Below are positions 1 to 21,138 of a DNA stretch of 64,000 nucleotides, piece by piece (within the stretch, counting starts at the first letter, position 1; each line of letters opens with the position of its first letter). The notes under the pieces are model-generated. The model ran no database searches and was not told the origin of the DNA. It saw only the letters and a program-made list of their open reading frames with translations. Source of the stretch: the human T2T-CHM13v2.0 reference genome, Homo sapiens; NCBI RefSeq assembly GCF_009914755.1, contig NC_060944.1; one strand, given 5' to 3'. A program made the position numbers and the translations under genes.

Positions 1-649
1 TGGTTTACCAAAAAAAAGGCAGGGAAAAAAAAAAAAAACAACCGTATGAGCGCATTGGCTTGTCTGCCGCAGGCACAGAAGGGTAGAAAGCCACAGCAGG
101 GGGCAGTCCAGCAGACTCTGACTCAACTTTCTAGGCACCTAGCAGAGAAAGATAAGATCAAAAGGTGTTTGGTTTTTCTTTTAATTTTTATTGTAGTTTT
201 TTTGGGTGGGTGGGGGAAGTAAACTAGACTGAAGCGATGGATTTTTTTTTTCTTTTTTTTCTTTAGTGTTTTTCCCTTTGTTCTTGAACACTTTTGCCCT
301 GCAGCCTCAGTTTTGAATTCTTTTAGCAACTTGGATTAGAGGGGCCCATATGTCAGAAGCTCCCAGCACCTCCTACTTGGGAGAAAAGTGAGCCATCTGC
401 TGGTCAGGAAGTCCTCCAGAGAGGCAGCTTTTCCCACAATGGTGGCAGGAAACTTTGGGGAAAGCAGGAATGGTGTCCACTGCTGCGGAGGAACTGCCTT
501 CAGAGAAGGTGGGGCTGGAAAAGGGTTAGAAGCCTCCTAGCTGGGATTGTCTTTGTTTCACCTTTCTTTAAATTAGAATTACAGAAGCCCCTGCCCAGTG
601 AACAGATAACAATTGGTCTTATGCTCCTCCCTTTCCCCCATTTTTTCTT

Positions 650-917
650 TTGCTGTTTTGTTTTTTGTTTTTTGTTTGTTTGTTTGTTTTTTTGAGACAG
701 AGTCATGCTCTGTCACCCGGGCTGGAGTGCAGTGGTGCGATCTCAGCTCACTGTAACCTCCGCCTCCCGGGTTCAAGCAATTATTTGCCTCAGCCTCCCG
801 AGTAGCTGGGATTATAGGCACCCGCCACCATGTCTGGCTTTTAGTAGAGACGGGGTTTCACCATCTTGGCCAGGCTGGTCTTGGAACTCCTGACCTCGTG
901 AGCCACCACGCCCAGCC
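650..917 (-). mobile_element. Internally deleted Alu with (TTTG)n tail, in TGIF2 3'UTR
   Basis: Reverse-complement Alu consensus (gagacagagtc...gctgggattataggc...agccaccacgcccagcc) with missing segments. Confidence 0.9.
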
Positions 918-1769
918 TCTTTTGCTGTTTCATTGCTGACAGTGTTCAACAATATGCCCCATCTTTATATATCCTAAGAAACACTAATCCTAGGTTATTG
1001 CTAGCCAAAATATTTTTGTCCTGAGTAGTGTCACTGGGCCAAAAGATAGATCAGGACGACAGCCTTTAGTTTTCCTGAAATCACCAGGTCAGGCACAAGG
1101 AGAAAAGGTTCCTGGATACTGACTAACTTGGGTGGGTCTAGCCAGGAGAAAGACAGTAACATGTGTTCTGTACTTTCTGGGAAGATCCCTGAAGCCATCA
1201 CAGAGGCTCCCCAACTTCTGAGTCGCCCATCTGTTGCTGTGGGAGTGTGAACGGATCGCTGAAGGAGAGGGAGCTTTGCTCTCTCTAGGTGGGCAAGTTT
1301 CCTGGGCTCTCTGTGTTGCCTCCCTCTGGCTTCTTCCTCCCGTGCCCTCTCCCCGTGTGCCCCAGGGGGATCAGGGATCCTCACCCTCCTGAGGCCCAGT
1401 GGGGAAGAATGAACATGGCTTCATCCAGGTTAACTGATGCTGCCATTTGCCCAGCCTCTTCCATCCCAGCCCTGTCAGTGAGCCCAGGTCTGGTGCAACT
1501 GCTGCAGGATGCCTGTAGTAGGGAACTCTGGAAGTGTATTGGGCTGAGGTGGGATTTTCCCTCCCCACAGTGCACTGAGCAATGGAGGGTGGTGAGGGAG
1601 CCATGCTGCTGAATTCTGGTTGGCATTTCCCCATTATGTAAAATGGGGTGTTGGGTAGGGCAGACTCTGCTTGGGTTTGGTTGTAAGATAAACCTGGAGG
1701 AGAAGCACAGTTGTCCCATTGAATTATTTGAGCAAAAACTACTGTAAATAACTTTTTTGTCTTTTGTCA

Positions 1770-1775
1770 AATAAA
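1770..1775 (+). terminator. Polyadenylation signal AATAAA (TGIF2)
   Basis: Canonical hexamer with upstream UGUA elements and downstream T-rich sequence. Confidence 0.75.
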
Positions 1776-2099
1776 ATTTTTTTTTGTTTTTTTAAGCAGA
1801 AACAGGGTTCTTGATTGATCCACCAGGGCTCAGGGCCCAGGCTTGAAGACAAAGCAGTCACTGGCTTCTTATTTTGCTTTACATCTTTTACTCTCCCTCT
1901 AGTAGCCAGCTGTGAGTTCTGTGCACGCTGTACCCCCATTCCCTTTCACCAGCTCCATTCTGTATCCCATTCAACTCAGGGTAAAGGGGGCATTTGCATC
2001 TCACATTGGGCCAGTCTTCCCTGGAATCAACAGTTAAGCTCTGGGGTTGCTAAGTGGTGAGGATGTAACCTTGAGGAACTGGCAACTTTGTCCTCCCCC

Positions 2100-2290
2100 T
2101 CTCTCGGTAAGAAACAAGCATGACTGCAGTGTGAACCCGGCACAGAGAGAAGCAGCTATGAGATGGAAGCTCCAGTCATGTCTGAAACCAGGACCACCTG
2201 TAAACTTCTCTATTATGTAAGCTAGTGAATTCCCCTTTTTGCTTAAACTAGCTGTTAATACGTTTCTGCCATACTGAAATGACAATACAC
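2100..2290 (+). mobile_element. Old MaLR (MLT1-like) LTR fragment
   Basis: Resembles MLT1 3' end (ttatgtaagctagtgaattccccttttttgcttaaactag); by eye. Confidence 0.45.
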
Positions 2291-2351
2291 TAACTGCAGC
2301 CCAAACTATAAAAACCAAGGTCTGCAACAGTGGGAAACTGAGTTTGGTTGA

Positions 2352-2570
<219 letters not shown>

Positions 2571-2784
2571 TAGTAGAGACGGGGTTTCACCGTGTTGGCC
2601 AGGATGATCTCGATCTCCTGACCTCGTGATCCACCCACCTCGGCCTCCCAAAGTGCTGCAATTACAGGCGTGAGTCACTGTGCCCAGCCCCAATTTCTTA
2701 ATTTTTGTACACACACACATGAAAGTGAGATGCCCTAGGTAAAGAAACTGAGTGGGCTGTGGCTTGTGCCTACAGTCCCAGCTA

Positions 2785-2916
<132 letters not shown>

Positions 2917-3468
2917 TTATTCTAAAAAAAAAGAGAAACTGAGTAGGGATTTCAGATACTTGCCTGAACTCATATAGCCCATATAAATATGGAGCTCGAA
3001 TTCAAATTCAAGTCTGTTTTCCTTCAGGGTCACTCAGGTCTGCCCAGAACCTACCTGAAGTAATATAGTGGTCACTTACTAACATAGTATCATCTAGCTG
3101 TCTAGAACAGTGCTGTGGGCTCAGCACAAGAAGTTTCTTCTGTGAATGAAATCTTGGTGGTCTCTCCTACAGGTCACTCTCCTTCAGGAATTTGGAGAGA
3201 GAGCCTCCCCACTCAAGTTTCCCAGATTAAAGAGCCTCAGCTCCCTCAGCCATTCACCCAAGGTCCTGATTTTCCCCCATTTCTCTCTCAGTATCTCTCA
3301 AACTGCACACTTGGCCCTGGAGCTCAGCAGAATAGGCACATGCTGTTACAGCTTTTCAAAGTAAGTTTAATATTCAATTCACATCGGCCGGGCGTGGTGG
3401 CTCATGCTTGTAATTCCAGCATTTTGGGAGGCTGAGGCGGGCAGATCACTTTTGAGGTCAGGAGTTCA

Positions 3469-3832
<364 letters not shown>

Positions 3833-3886
3833 TTATTAGAGTCTCATTCAGGAAACAGCTTTTAAATGTATCTGCCCTGGTCGTGA

Positions 3887-4063
<177 letters not shown>

Positions 4064-4334
4064 TGAGTAGCTGGGATTACACGCACGCACCACCACCCCT
4101 GGCTAATTTTTGTATTTTAAGTAGAGACGGGGTTTCACCATGTTGGTCAGGCTGGTCTCAAACTCCTGACCTCATGATCCGCCTGCCTCAGCCTCCCAAA
4201 GTGCTGGGATTACAGACGTGAGCCACCGCACTCAGCCTATACCCTTGTTCTTAATAGGGCTAAGATGATGCTTCAAGCTTTTGGGTATCGATTTTGGACT
4301 TTGCATTAATATTTTTTTTGTTTTGTTTTGTTTA

Positions 4335-4628
<294 letters not shown>

Positions 4629-4774
4629 TTAGAACCTTTTTTTTTTTTTTTTTTTTTTTTTTTGCCTCAACTTAGCCCTAGGAATAAGCATCTCTGGGGT
4701 AAGACTGAGGACTCTGGATTTTAAAAGTACAGTCTAGCTTGAAAGCTGCTACATGGGCTGGGCACGGTGGCTCA

Positions 4775-5124
<350 letters not shown>

Positions 5125-5905
5125 TTATGCACTAGAGCTGCAGAGGATAAGGTGTGGCACTCGAAGGATGCAGAAATAACCATCACTGCTGTCAGTGTTA
5201 CTGATTTCAAAGGCATTTCTCTATGACCCAAGCCTGGTTTCAAATTCTTGGTCTGTCACTGATTAGCTGTCATGACCATAGGCAAGACAGTTCACTACTC
5301 CAAACTTCAGTTTTCATCATCAATAAAGTGGGAATAGTAATACTTACCTCTTGGGAGGATGAAATAGGATAATCTATACGTTACTATCTATCCTTGCTCA
5401 GCACACAGCTGAGGGAAAAACAACCTGTAAAATAACTTACCCCATACCACACAGCTTTTAAGTGGCAGAATTGGGCCTAATTACCCAGAGAAGTAATTCT
5501 CAAGCCTAAATATCCATCAAGATCATCAGGAAAGCTTACAAAGATGCATATTCCCAGACCTCACGCCCAGAGAGTCTGGGCAGGAATCTGCATTCTTCAC
5601 TGATGCCACATGAGATTCTGATGATCTTGCTCCAGAGACCTTCACCATTCATTATCAGGACACTGACCTATCCCCAGGAAACTACTGGGCTGGGAAAGTA
5701 GCAACTCTTTGTCTTTCAAAGTTACAAGATGAGAGGAAGAAGGGTCTCTGAACCATCTGACGTCTTTGCTCCCAGGAGGCTATGGTAACTTGAAGGTCAA
5801 GTGTAGCCCTACCATTTTAATTACCAAAGTAATCCACACACGATGTAGAGAAATTGCAAGTAAAGGTATAAAAAGAGAAGAGTTTAGCATAATGGTTAAT
5901 GGTTA

Positions 5906-6444
<539 letters not shown>

Positions 6445-7206
6445 TTACCCCTCAGAATATACCTTCCTCTCCAAACCCCACTCCAAGCAGCTGGCAGTGC
6501 TATCGAGGCATTCAGCTGGGAAATAGCCCTAAGGCTGAGCTCATGTGTTCAACTAGTACTAAACAGCTACAAACTCACAAAGACAAAATTTGTCCTACTT
6601 CCAAATCTGTCTCTCCCACTTTCAAATCTGACCCTTCATCAAGTTATTTTCCAACTCAGACCACCCAAGATGTTTATTTTAACCAGACGGATTCACTGAG
6701 ATTCAGCCAGGTTCCCCGCTTCCTAAGATAAGGAAAGCCTTGGGTGAAAGCAAATAGGGAACAAGTCTGAGTCCCAAAAATACCTTTTAGACAAGGGCTT
6801 CCCCTCTGGCTGCCAGCTTAGCTTTGTCTGCTCCTAGAGAGGTAAGAGGAGGAACAGGGATCAGGTTTCAGATGCCTGTTGAACTTCTAACTTCCCTTAT
6901 GACCTTGGGCTACACTGCAGGATTTGAGGACCCTTCCAACTAGAACTTTCTGTGACCTCTCCCAATCCCATGCAAACATAATGGCTCTTGGAGTTACGGT
7001 CAGAGCTTCGCAATGTAATACAAACATGACCTAGAGCCGGACGCAGTGGCTCATGCCTGTAATCTCAGCACTTTGAGAGGCTGAGGTGGGCGTATCACTT
7101 GAGGTCAGGAGTTCGAGACCAGCCTGGCCAACATGATGAAACCCCGTCTCTACTAAAAATACAAAAATTAGCTGGGCATAGTGGTGGGCACCTGTAATCC
7201 CAGCTA

Positions 7207-9076
<1,870 letters not shown>

Positions 9077-9123
9077 TCACGCCTGTAATCCCAGCACTTT
9101 GTGGGGCCGAGGTGGGTGGATCA

Positions 9124-9397
<274 letters not shown>

Positions 9398-9859
9398 TCA
9401 GTGCCCTCACCAACTCTCACCTAAATGACTTTAACAGCCTTTTAACTAGTCCCCCATTCTGATCCAGTCCCCCAAATAGCAGCAAGCATGATCCTTCTAA
9501 GATGCAAACCTGATGGCTTCCCCTACCCCTGGATAAGAAGCAAACTCTTCAGCATGATTCTCCCGTGCTTCCCCTCTGGTGGCTTCATTCCTTACCATTA
9601 GCCCACATGGTTTCATTTCCCTAAATGTTATCTCCCACCTTCACCTCCCTCTTTTCCTTCTAATGTCTTCCTTCAGAGTTTACCCTTCCCTAATCCCCCC
9701 AGATCAGGTTCCCCATTATACATCTTCACCAGGGGGAGACCTGGCAGAGTGAAAACTTACCTTTAGGCCAAGGGCTAGTCATTCTTCCAACATTCTGTGA
9801 CAGATTCATTAGTTTGTCTTCTGAACTACATGCCAGCAGGGAGTCTGTAAAAGAGGTTT

Positions 9860-11697
<1,838 letters not shown>

Positions 11698-11961
11698 ACT
11701 GGCTAAGCTTTACCATTTCATATGGGAGGGAAACTGGATCAGAAAAGAGGCAGGGCTGAAAAGAACAAGACCCACGGGGAAACTTAGGACAAAAGGAGTG
11801 CACCCATATAACGTATACGGCCCTTCCACCAGTTCCAGACAGTAACGTGATCACAGTATGTTTCACCTTGGGGGTCCAGCCCCACTTAATCTACTGAAAC
11901 AATGTCAGGGTGGGCTTGGGGTGGAAAACAGCAGCTATAGTATTCTGGAAAAGCTCTCTAG

Positions 11962-12284
<323 letters not shown>

Positions 12285-12393
12285 TAGGGAGGTTCTATTA
12301 CTCCTGAAAAGTGAAGAATTACAGGTGAATGTTGATAGGTATGCAAAAGATACTCTGACCTGTTTAAAAAAAAAAAAGATACTCTCAGCTTTA

Positions 12394-12597
<204 letters not shown>

Positions 12598-12603
12598 CTA
12601 CTA

Positions 12604-12729
<126 letters not shown>

Positions 12730-13299
12730 TCAAAAAAAAAAAAAAAAAAAATCCACTGTCCAGAAGGGATGTGCCTTGGTCTCTGGACTTACCAGCACAG
12801 TGAGCCTGGCACCACCTGGAGGGCCACCGGAAGGAGCCCCATCCCCAGGGGTTCTGAGTCAGTAGGCGTGGAATGGGGGCCGAGAACCTGCGCCTCTACC
12901 CAGTTCCCAGGCGATACGGCCGCTGCTGATCCGGAAGCTCACTTTGTGAACCACTGACGCAGCACATGGTGAGGACGCTGTATGTGAACACTCAGATATC
13001 CTGATACCTAACCCAATCCTTGTATTTGCCGCCCAGGAGTCCCCGGTTGGGTCCACCTTGCTATACGGCCTCAGAATCTCATTTCCTCTTTTGGGGTCTC
13101 AGGGCTCTCGTGTGCCAAAAGAGGGTGCTGGGCAAGATGAAATGGTTAGTTATTACAGAAGAGTTAACATCTTCAACAAGGCCCTACAGAACTTGCAGGG
13201 TTAGGGGAGAAAATAAGCGGGCTAAATCCTGTGGGGCAGCTTGGAGCTACCCTGGAGCAAGGTCTGGGCTCAGCAGGCGAGTAGGTCGCAAGGAAAGGT

Positions 13300-14250
13300 A
13301 GAGCCGCTCCTGCCCCACTCGCTGCTCGAGGGGCAGCTGTGGCCGACTGGGCGACGCTGACGTCCAGCCTCGGTTTTCCCCTACCTCCTCGGTCTCCACA
13401 GCGCCTCCTGGCGCCCATGTCACCGTTCTACCAAGATTGTCCCTCCCCTCACACCTTACCGCGAGCCCGGCGGATGCTGACGTCATTTCCGCCACGAGTA
13501 GCGCGCTTGCGCCAAGGCGCCGGTCGCTGTTTCACTCGGATGGCTTCGCGGTCGCCGATTGGCTGCGTGAGCACGTCGGCGGGAGGGCGCGCGACACTGC
13601 ACCGCCCCTCCCTTCGCGGCGCCTGCTCTGTAGAGCCGGCGGAACCGGGTAGCTTGGCCAGGTTGTGAGGAACCGCAGCGCGCCGCAGGACCGGGCCGCT
13701 GAGCCTGCAGCCGCCCCGCGCCGTGACCTGCGACCCTAGACCCCGACTCCCTTTGGCTCAGCCCGCGCGCCCCAGGCCCGGCCCGGGCGGCGCGACGGGA
13801 GGATGAGCGGCGGGCGGCGGAAGGAGGAGCCGCCTCAGCCGCAGCTGGCCAACGGGGCCCTCAAAGTCTCCGTCTGGAGTAAGGTGCTGCGGAGCGACGC
13901 GGCCTGGGAGGATAAGGTACGGTGGAGTCTGAACAGGGCGCGGGTGCGAGGAGTCGGCTGGGACTCGGGGAACGGAAGACTGGCGCGGGCCTGCCCTCGT
14001 CCTCGTTCCGGCACAATCGAGTAGGGCAGTGGGGCGGGTGGCCCAAGGGTGTCAGAGCAAACTTGGCGGGCACTGGGCGGACAGCTGGGCTTGGAGCTCC
14101 CCGAAGGGTGGCCTAAGGATGAAGCCCCCTAGTTATGCGGAATTGGCGAGGAGCGGGGAGAGGCGTTGTCATTCGCGGGCAGGGTTTGTGCCTGAACTGG
14201 GAAAGGGAGCTGAATTCGATTCGGCCTCCGCCTTTTATGTGCAGTAGGGT
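13300..14250. promoter_or_regulatory. RAB5IF: CpG island / RAB5IF promoter
   Basis: Dense CpG and high GC around first exon; full CRE TGACGTCA 13478-13485 abutting TTTCCG (ETS), NRF1-like GCGCTTGCGC 13503-13512, inverted CCAAT (ATTGG 13558-13562); no TATA. Confidence 0.9.
13803..13916 (+). CDS. RAB5IF: RAB5IF (C20orf24/OPTI, GEL complex subunit, EMC6-like) exon 1
   Basis: MSGGRRKEEPPQPQLANGALKVSVWSKVLRSDAAWEDK (38 codons), donor AAG|gtacgg, phase 0. Confidence 0.97.
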
Positions 14251-15246
14251 TTTGAGTAGGTTACTTGTTTCTTTCGAATTAAGTAGCACAAACATTAACA
14301 GTAACAGACTTCTGCTGAGAATGCTTTCTACGTGCCAGGTGCTCTGCAAGCGGAATCTCGTTTAACTCAGAATAACTCTGAAGTGGGGTACTGTGGTACA
14401 TTAAAGCCTTTTGCACATAGTGAGGCTCGCTAATCTTGAGCTGCTGTTGCTTGTTGAATGTAAAGGACCGAATACTTTGATAAGCATGAGTCAAGAGGGG
14501 AGACTGAGACCACCCGCTGGGTGAGTGTGAGGTGTGGGGGTGGAGAAACGCCACCAGATATGTGCGAGAATTGGTTGGGACTTCAGAACGTTCTTACTCG
14601 TCCCATTCGGAGGATGCTTCGTAACTCTGCTCCATGATCTGGAAGGGGCCATCACAAACAGCTTGATTCCAGGTAGCTTGAAAAGCGTATTATATTTGCA
14701 GTCATTTCTTGGTTTTCTGGGCTGCCGAAGTGGATTTTCCTTCCTGAAGTTCCTGTAAAGGGGGATGGGAGGCACTTCCTGAAGGTGCCCTTGTTCTGCC
14801 CCCAGCCCTGCCCAGCTCTTGCAAAACCTGCAGTCTCTAATCTGCTGTGTCATTTCTTTCTTTTCTTGTATAAGGACTGGTTTCTGGAATCTAGGGCAGA
14901 TCAGAAACCTGAGTCGTCTGTGTTCTTCCATTAAACTTAAATATAGTGGCACCTGCCTCCAGCATTTATGGTTCTAATCCGTATGTGCGGCCAGTAGCAC
15001 AATTATTATCACAGTCATTTCATTACAGGCCATATTATATATGCACCTCTAGAATTTTGATTTAGAGCACAGATTCTGGAAGTGATCGCTTAATGATGTC
15101 TAAATGTATCTTTTTTTTTTTTTTTTTTTGAGACGGAGTTTCACTCTTGTTGCCCTGCAACCTCCACCTCCCAGGTTCAAGCAATTCTCTTGCCTCAGCC
15201 TCCCAAGTAGCTGGGATTAAAGGCGCCCGCCACAACACCCGGCTAA

Positions 15247-15423
<177 letters not shown>

Positions 15424-15565
15424 TGAAACAGGAAGCACATACTGTTGCCTTTGGGGGGAAACAAATTTCCTGGATATGTTTAGCAGAAAGGTTTAATATT
15501 CTCCCCTTTTGCTGTCTTGTGGCACCCACTCCAGATAATTCTTGCATTTTCTGTCTTTTCTACAG

Positions 15566-15669
15566 GATGAATTTTTAGATGTGATCTACTGGTTCCGACA
15601 GATCATTGCTGTGGTCCTGGGTGTCATTTGGGGAGTTTTGCCATTACGAGGGTTCTTGGGAATAGCAGG
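15566..15669 (+). CDS. RAB5IF: RAB5IF exon 2
   Basis: Acceptor ttttctacag|; DEFLDVIYWFRQIIAVVLGVIWGVLPLRGFLGIA(G), hydrophobic TM segment; donor GG|gtaagt; 104 nt. Confidence 0.97.
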
Positions 15670-15740
15670 GTAAGTCTTGGGTATCTTATATTTTCATGGT
15701 ATCATTTCTTTTTAAATAGAGGCTTTTTTTCCTGTTACAG

Positions 15741-15851
15741 GAAAGGCCATTGCTGCTCTGGAGCTGTGTGTGTGTGTGATGACTAAAGCAAAGAAGCAGC
15801 CCTACAGTGGCACTCCTGGGTCTGGTGCACCACTCCTCAGGAGCATCTCAG
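15741..15851 (+). other. RAB5IF: Candidate RAB5IF alternative (poison) exon
   Basis: Acceptor tttttttcctgttacag| 71 nt after exon 2; reads (G)KGHCCSGAVCVCDD* with TAA at 15784-15786; donor CAG|gtcagg at 15851/2 (alternative CAG|gttacc at 15860/1). Confidence 0.6.
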
Positions 15852-16222
15852 GTCAGGCAGGTTACCTTCCTGCCTTCCTGAAGGCTGGGCCAGTCCATTC
15901 ATTCATGGGTCTAAAGTGACCTCATGCAAGAGGCTATGACTACTTGTTCGTGGCATGCACTCTAGTTCTGCTGTGACCTTTGTACCTGTGCGAGTTTGGG
16001 AAGTAGGAACTTCTGTATTTGACGACCATTTCCCTTGTTCCTGGCACAATGCTTAATGTCCTAAACCTTGGCTTTGGTAGAAGTTATTTCAGGTCCCTCC
16101 ATTTTGTTTTTTTGAGATAGGGCCGCACTTTGTTGCCCAGGTGGGAGCACACTGGCACCATCACAGCTGACTGCAGCCTCGACCTCCTGGACTCAAATGA
16201 TTTTCCTGCCTCAGCCTCCTAA

Positions 16223-16866
<644 letters not shown>

Positions 16867-17015
16867 TAGGCTACGAAGCAGCAGCTTCACATGTGTTTCT
16901 CCCATAGCCACACCCTAGCTGGAGCTACCTGGAGGCCCATGTCAGGTCCCGCTTGGGATGGCTTATCAGCCATTCTGTTACTTCAAGGGGCTTTGGAGAA
17001 CTATATTACATACAT

Positions 17016-17123
<108 letters not shown>

Positions 17124-17465
17124 TATATAGAGTTTCGCTGTTGCCCAGGCTGTAGTGCAGTGGAACAATTTCGGCTCACTGCAACCTCTCCGCCTCTGGG
17201 TTCAAGCAGTTCTCCTGCCTCCACCTCCTGAGCAGCTGGGATTACAGGCGCCCACCACAATGCCCTGCTAGTTTTTGTATTTTTAGTGGAGATGGGGTTT
17301 CACCATGTTGGCTAGGCTGGTCTTGAACTCCTGACCGCAAGTGATCCGCCCACCTCAGCCTCCCAAAGTGCTGGGATTACAGGTGTGAGCCACCACACCC
17401 GGCCCCGAGTTCTGAGTCTTCTAAGCTTTCAATTTATGTTTGGTACTTGTTCTCTGTTGCTCCAG

Positions 17466-17595
17466 ATTCTGCCTGATCAATGCAGGAGTCCTGTACCTCT
17501 ACTTCAGCAATTACCTACAGATTGATGAGGAAGAATATGGTGGCACGTGGGAGCTCACGAAGGAAGGGTTTATGACCTCTTTTGCCTTGTTCATG
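17466..17595 (+). CDS. RAB5IF: RAB5IF exon 3 (alternative donor extends to 17623)
   Basis: Acceptor gttgctccag|; FCLINAGVLYLYFSNYLQIDEEEYGGTWELTKEGFMTSFALFM; donor ATG|gtatgt; second donor CAG|gtactg at 17623/4. Confidence 0.97.
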
Positions 17596-17861
17596 GTATG
17601 TGTAGCTGATAGTTTTACAACAGGTACTGTTCATTTCATGAGGTGTCACTCACAGGAGGGGACCCCACTGATTGAGTTACACTGTGTGAGCAGGGTGCTA
17701 TTTTTCTAAAGGCTTCTGAGGCTCAGGGCCATGGCCTGTGTTGAGCCACATCCCAGAAGATGTGGTCTGATATACTGTACAGTCCCCTGTAATGTGTAAA
17801 TCCAGGGCCCATCGTCAGCTTCTACATCTGATTCTCAAGCCTGGCTAGATATTAGAAACTA

Positions 17862-18147
<286 letters not shown>

Positions 18148-18164
18148 TCAAAAAGGAAACTAGG

Positions 18165-18870
<706 letters not shown>

Positions 18871-19874
18871 TTTTGACACAGGCTCACCATTTCACCCAGG
18901 CTGTAGTGCAGTGGCGCAGTCTTGGCTCACTGCAGCCTCTGCCTCCCATGCTCAAGTGATCCTCCCACCTCAGCCTCCCGAGTAGTTGGGACTACAGGTG
19001 TGAGCCACCATGCCCGGATATTTTTTGTATTTTTAGTAGAAATGGGGTTTCATCATGTTGGCCAGGCTGGTCTTGGAACTCCTGACCTCAGGTGATCTGC
19101 CTGCTTCCGCCTCCCAAAGTACTGGGATTACAGGTGTGAGCCACTGCACCTGGCCCATTTTTTTTTAAATTATACTCATGGCCTGGCATGGTGGCTCATG
19201 CCTGTAATTATAGCACTTTAGGAGGCTGAGACAGGCAGACTGCTTGAGTCCAGGAGTTCGAGACCAGCTTGGGCAATATGGTGAAACCCATCTCTACAGG
19301 GGAAAAAAAAAAATAGCTAGGAGTGGTGGTGTGTACCTGTTGAGTCCCAGCAGGACTCAAAAAAAAAAAAAAAAAAAAAACCACAAAACCTTATGTGTCC
19401 AGACTCTAACCCAAACCAATAAAATCTTTTGAGATGTAGTGCTGGGGCATCTATATGTTTTTTTAAAAGAACCAAGAGATTACAATGGGTAGCCAAGGTT
19501 TGAGAATCCCTGCTTTGATATGCAGCTGACAAGTTATAGTATTTTCACATTGGTAGTCGCAGCACCTGCTAGCAGTGTAATATGCTTTACTTGAATCATT
19601 TCCACATCTGCACCTCAATTCCCTGGGCCTGGGGTTGCCATTTGGTAGGGGAGGAGCTTATCAGGAGTTCCTTTGCAAGTGCAGGAGGGCAGTCCTGGGT
19701 TCTGTTAGTGACAGCGTGATTTCAGTGAAATAATTTAGACCCCCCAAGCAGACTGTGCAACGGATAGCCCCTGGAGAGTGCCCCGTGTTTACATTCTCAT
19801 CTGGCATTTTTGTTTTGTGGAATCGGCCTGTGTTAAGCCAGGTGACCTATGAACAGTGCTTGTCTCCTCACTAG

Positions 19875-19916
19875 GTCATTTGGATCATCTTTTACACTGC
19901 CATCCATTATGACTGA
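19875..19916 (+). CDS. RAB5IF: RAB5IF exon 4 coding part
   Basis: Acceptor ctcctcactag|; VIWIIFYTAIHYD*; four exons sum to 129 aa. Alternative frame (G)HLDHLLHCHPL* (TGA 19910-19912) gives 137 aa. Confidence 0.96.
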   Translation, partial: VIWIIFYTAIHYD

Positions 19917-20397
19917 TGGTGTACAGCTCCCAAGTGCTCCCTATCCAGTCCAAAGGACCCTCTTGATTACAGCACAGGAACTTGATCGTTGGGGAACCCC
20001 AGCCCCTTGGAACTTGGAAGACCCGTGTTTCCTGGACCGCGAATCAGTGTGTTGGGCATCAGTGTTTTCTGCAAGGGTTGTGACCTGAAACTTTTTAAAA
20101 ACCACCCACCTTTGGGGAAGCATTTCTGAATTTATCCATCACCAACCATTTCTTCTTGGATACCATCAAGTAACAGCTATTATTTGCCAAGTGGAGCTGT
20201 CATTTAATTTGATGCACCTCTGGATTCAGATGAAACATTAAATTGTCTTCCTCGATTCTCCATCGGGTGTAGAGTTTTTAAACTATCAATGGCATTTCAA
20301 GTCTTCTGAAACAGCATGGCTGTATGTGCGTGGTCCATAGCACAGTACATGCAGCATCTAATAAGAGTTTCCATTGTAGAATGTTTTCACATACTTG

Positions 20398-20403
20398 AAT
20401 AAA
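20398..20403 (+). terminator. RAB5IF polyadenylation signal AATAAA
   Basis: ~480 nt after the stop; a variant ATTAAA lies at 20237-20242. Confidence 0.85.
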
Positions 20404-20709
20404 TCAAATCTTTAATTGAGAACCTGTTGATGATACCTGATAAAGCCTTTCCCACCCCACCTGTAGCTTGGGAACCAGTAGGAGCACTGGAGGGGGTGCC
20501 TCCCACCCCATCCCTCTTTCTTCCTCTCCCTGATCCCTTAGCGGATCCAGCAGACCTCTTTCTGTTTATGGAGGCAGCAGGGAAATCAAGGGCTGGATTT
20601 GGTGTAGGCTGTGGTCTCCGTCTTGGCATTGTGGAGAGAGGGCTTAGCACCTTCTGATGCCCCTGCCCAGCACTGAGGTGCCTGGCCTCACTGCAGTGTG
20701 CTAGACTTA

Positions 20710-21138
<429 letters not shown>

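Larger units (their letters stand above)
1..1800 (+). other. TGIF2: Distal 3'UTR of upstream gene (TGIF2)
   Basis: No coding exon in window; repeat-poor, U-rich sequence ending in TGTAAATA (1743-1750), AATAAA (1770-1775) and a T-rich tract. Name inferred from the known order TGIF2-RAB5IF-SLA2-NDRG3, not from protein sequence. Confidence 0.75.

Noticed and set aside
13544-13575. Possible ER-stress element (ERSE/ERSE-II) at the CCAAT box of an ER-translocon gene
   Set aside because: Required CCACG at N9 or N1 spacing is absent.
13173-13668. Overlapping ORFs on both strands upstream of RAB5IF
   Set aside because: Stop-poor GC-rich CpG island; no recognisable protein.
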